A stretch of 63,630 bases of DNA, counting the filler, from Perkinsus chesapeaki ATCC PRA-425 (taxonomy: Eukaryota; Protista; Perkinsozoa): the NCBI GenBank assembly GCA_013115145.1. It is 6 parts of 6 records of this genome, joined end to end, with 100 filler letters (N's around TTAATTAATTAA, not from the genome) between each part and the next. Parts side by side here need not be neighbours in the genome. Positions count along the whole stretch, not along the records: positions 62,246 to 63,630 come from JAAPAO010001995.1; 5 more parts are not named here. The stretch is one strand, 5' to 3'. Position numbers and translations under genes: made by a program. The notes below the pieces were generated by a model. That model did no database searches and was not told the origin of the DNA. It worked only from the letters and a program-made list of their open reading frames with translations. Positions 62,246-63,630 of this stretch are shown here, in pieces (positions within the stretch are counted from its first letter, which is position 1; the number at the start of each line of letters is the position of its first letter).

Positions 62246-62400
62246 GAAATATGTTACTAGTGATACGGAGGAGGAGATATAATAGAAAGGAGTTTGATAG
62301 GAAATATGTTACTAGTGATACGGAGGAGGAGATATAATAGAAAGGAGTTTGATAGGAAATATGTTACTAGTGATACGGAGGAGGAGATATGTTACTAGTA
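62246..62400. repeat. 55-bp minisatellite (about 2.8 copies) at contig start
   Basis: gaaatatgttactagtgatacggaggaggagatataatagaaaggagtttgatag at 62246, 62301 and 62356. Confidence 0.96.
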
Positions 62401-62467
62401 AATATATATGCATTGTATCTCCCTTAGTGTTTTAAGCCACCATTGCCACTGCTACATTCCTTCTACA

Positions 62468-63630
62468 ATGGCATCCTACGGCTCGCAGCCTTACTCTATG
62501 TCAACATACGCCCCGCAGCAGCAACAAGCCGACGTGGGGCAATTAATGTCTGATATGACCGGTAAAAAGGGAAATGGGGAAAGACGGCGATCTGGTTTTT
62601 GTAGAGTTGTTCCCAAAACTAACGCCAGAGTATCAAAGCCAAGCTCGAGAGGCTCATCAACATGTACTGCAACTACAGCGTCAAGGTCAGTTGTTCGCTA
62701 AGTATATGAGAGAGCGGTATGGGGTAGGTATGACGAATGAGGCGATAAGCTTATTGGAGCATATGCGGAATCAAATGAGGCAAATGGTTGAGACTGGCCT
62801 CACACCAGGTCGTGTGCCTGCGGTGCCTGAGAGTCCAATACCATCTAGTGAGGAGGGAGGAGGAGAAGAACGCATGGATGGTAGTAGTAATATATATGGG
62901 ATACATCATTACATTTATATATTATTATTATGCCTCCACTTCATCATCATTACATTTATATATTATTATTATGCCTCCACTTCATCATCATTACATTTAT
63001 ATATTATTATTATGCCTCCACTTCATCATTACATTTATATATTATTATTATGCCTCCATTTCATCATTACATGTCAACTTATATAATGCACGCTTCCACC
63101 TTAGATTCTCCTGCCCCAGCTGCCGTTGCAAGTCGTACTAGCGTAGGAGCTGATCCTTCTCCAGTTCATCAGCCCAGGCGTTCTGCCAGGAGCCGCCGCA
63201 CCAACGTAATATACCATACCGCTCTCTCCTCATTGTCCCTATCTTTCAACAGTTACCCGATGGTGCCGTCCACCCCTCTGCTTCTACTGCCTACCAGCAA
63301 GCGGGGCAATCTCAGCCTGAGCTCAGTCTCGATAACGGTCCATTTGGCACACCTCCACTTGGCGGTGCTCAGCCTGATTTCGCGGCTGGTGGCCCTACAG
63401 TACCAGCTACTGCACCATCGCTACAAAGGGACCCTAAGGACGCCGGTAGTAACTGGGAGACATAGACGAACTTCGGAATCATCCGACGGTCAGATGTTCC
63501 AATAGATGTTGTAGGCGAATGACTTTTGTATGAAGGTGAAGTAGGTGAATCCTGGCCCTGTGACTAGACTACAGGAGCAGGAGCTAGATAGCTGCTTTCT
63601 GGTCCTGTGACTAGACTACAGGAGCAGGAG
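62468..63630 (+). CDS. Multi-exon hypothetical protein (Q-rich N-terminus); 3' end unresolved
   Basis: ATG 62468 MASYGSQPYSMSTYAPQQQQ. Exons ...GGEERMD|DSPAPAAVAS... join across intron 62881-63104. Confidence 0.6.
62905..63072. repeat. 41/38-bp intronic minisatellite (about 4 copies)
   Basis: gcctccacttcatcatcattacatttatatattattattat at 62932, 62973, 63014 and 63052. Confidence 0.95.
63552..63630. repeat. 47-bp tandem repeat at window end
   Basis: ctgg(c/t)cctgtgactagactacaggagcaggag at 63552 and 63599. Confidence 0.9.

Noticed and set aside
62574-63505. His/Ile/Tyr-rich ORFs (also 14585..15119)
   Set aside because: They are translations of the intronic 38/41-bp minisatellite.
1-63630. CRISPR arrays, rRNA, snRNA or SL-RNA genes
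   Set aside because: All repeats are head-to-tail without unique spacers, and no rRNA, U-snRNA or full spliced-leader signature was recognised by eye.

Overview
Eukaryotic, intron-dense genomic DNA, most likely from Perkinsus or a close perkinsozoan. This is inferred from very short GT-AG introns, an alveolate-type mitoribosomal bL28m, expanded intronless A1 aspartyl proteases and PR-RT-RH-IN retroelements. The window is six contigs joined by five artificial 100-nt spacers (N...TTAATTAATTAA...N). Recognisable genes: heme oxygenase (3329-4672), tRNA-Ile(TAT), TFIIIC subunit GTF3C5/Tfc1, an MFSD1-like MFS transporter, partial bL28m, a plant-type D-amino-acid transaminase/ADC lyase, and an aspartyl-protease cluster (one intact gene, two fragments). 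There are also several lineage-specific hypothetical genes. Mobile DNA: a retrotransposon pol, a probable decayed intron-bearing hAT-like transposase, a candidate MITE and several minisatellites. Most notable observations: (1) three orphan tRNA 3'-halves, one forming a perfect B-box inside an intron of the TFIIIC subunit gene; (2) a pol combining a DIRS-like RNase H with a DDE integrase; (3) a heme oxygenase with a repeated Cys-Pro N-terminal domain; (4) a dispersed intronic 38-41-bp repeat that supplies a splice acceptor. All exon models were built by eye and their boundaries are approximate.
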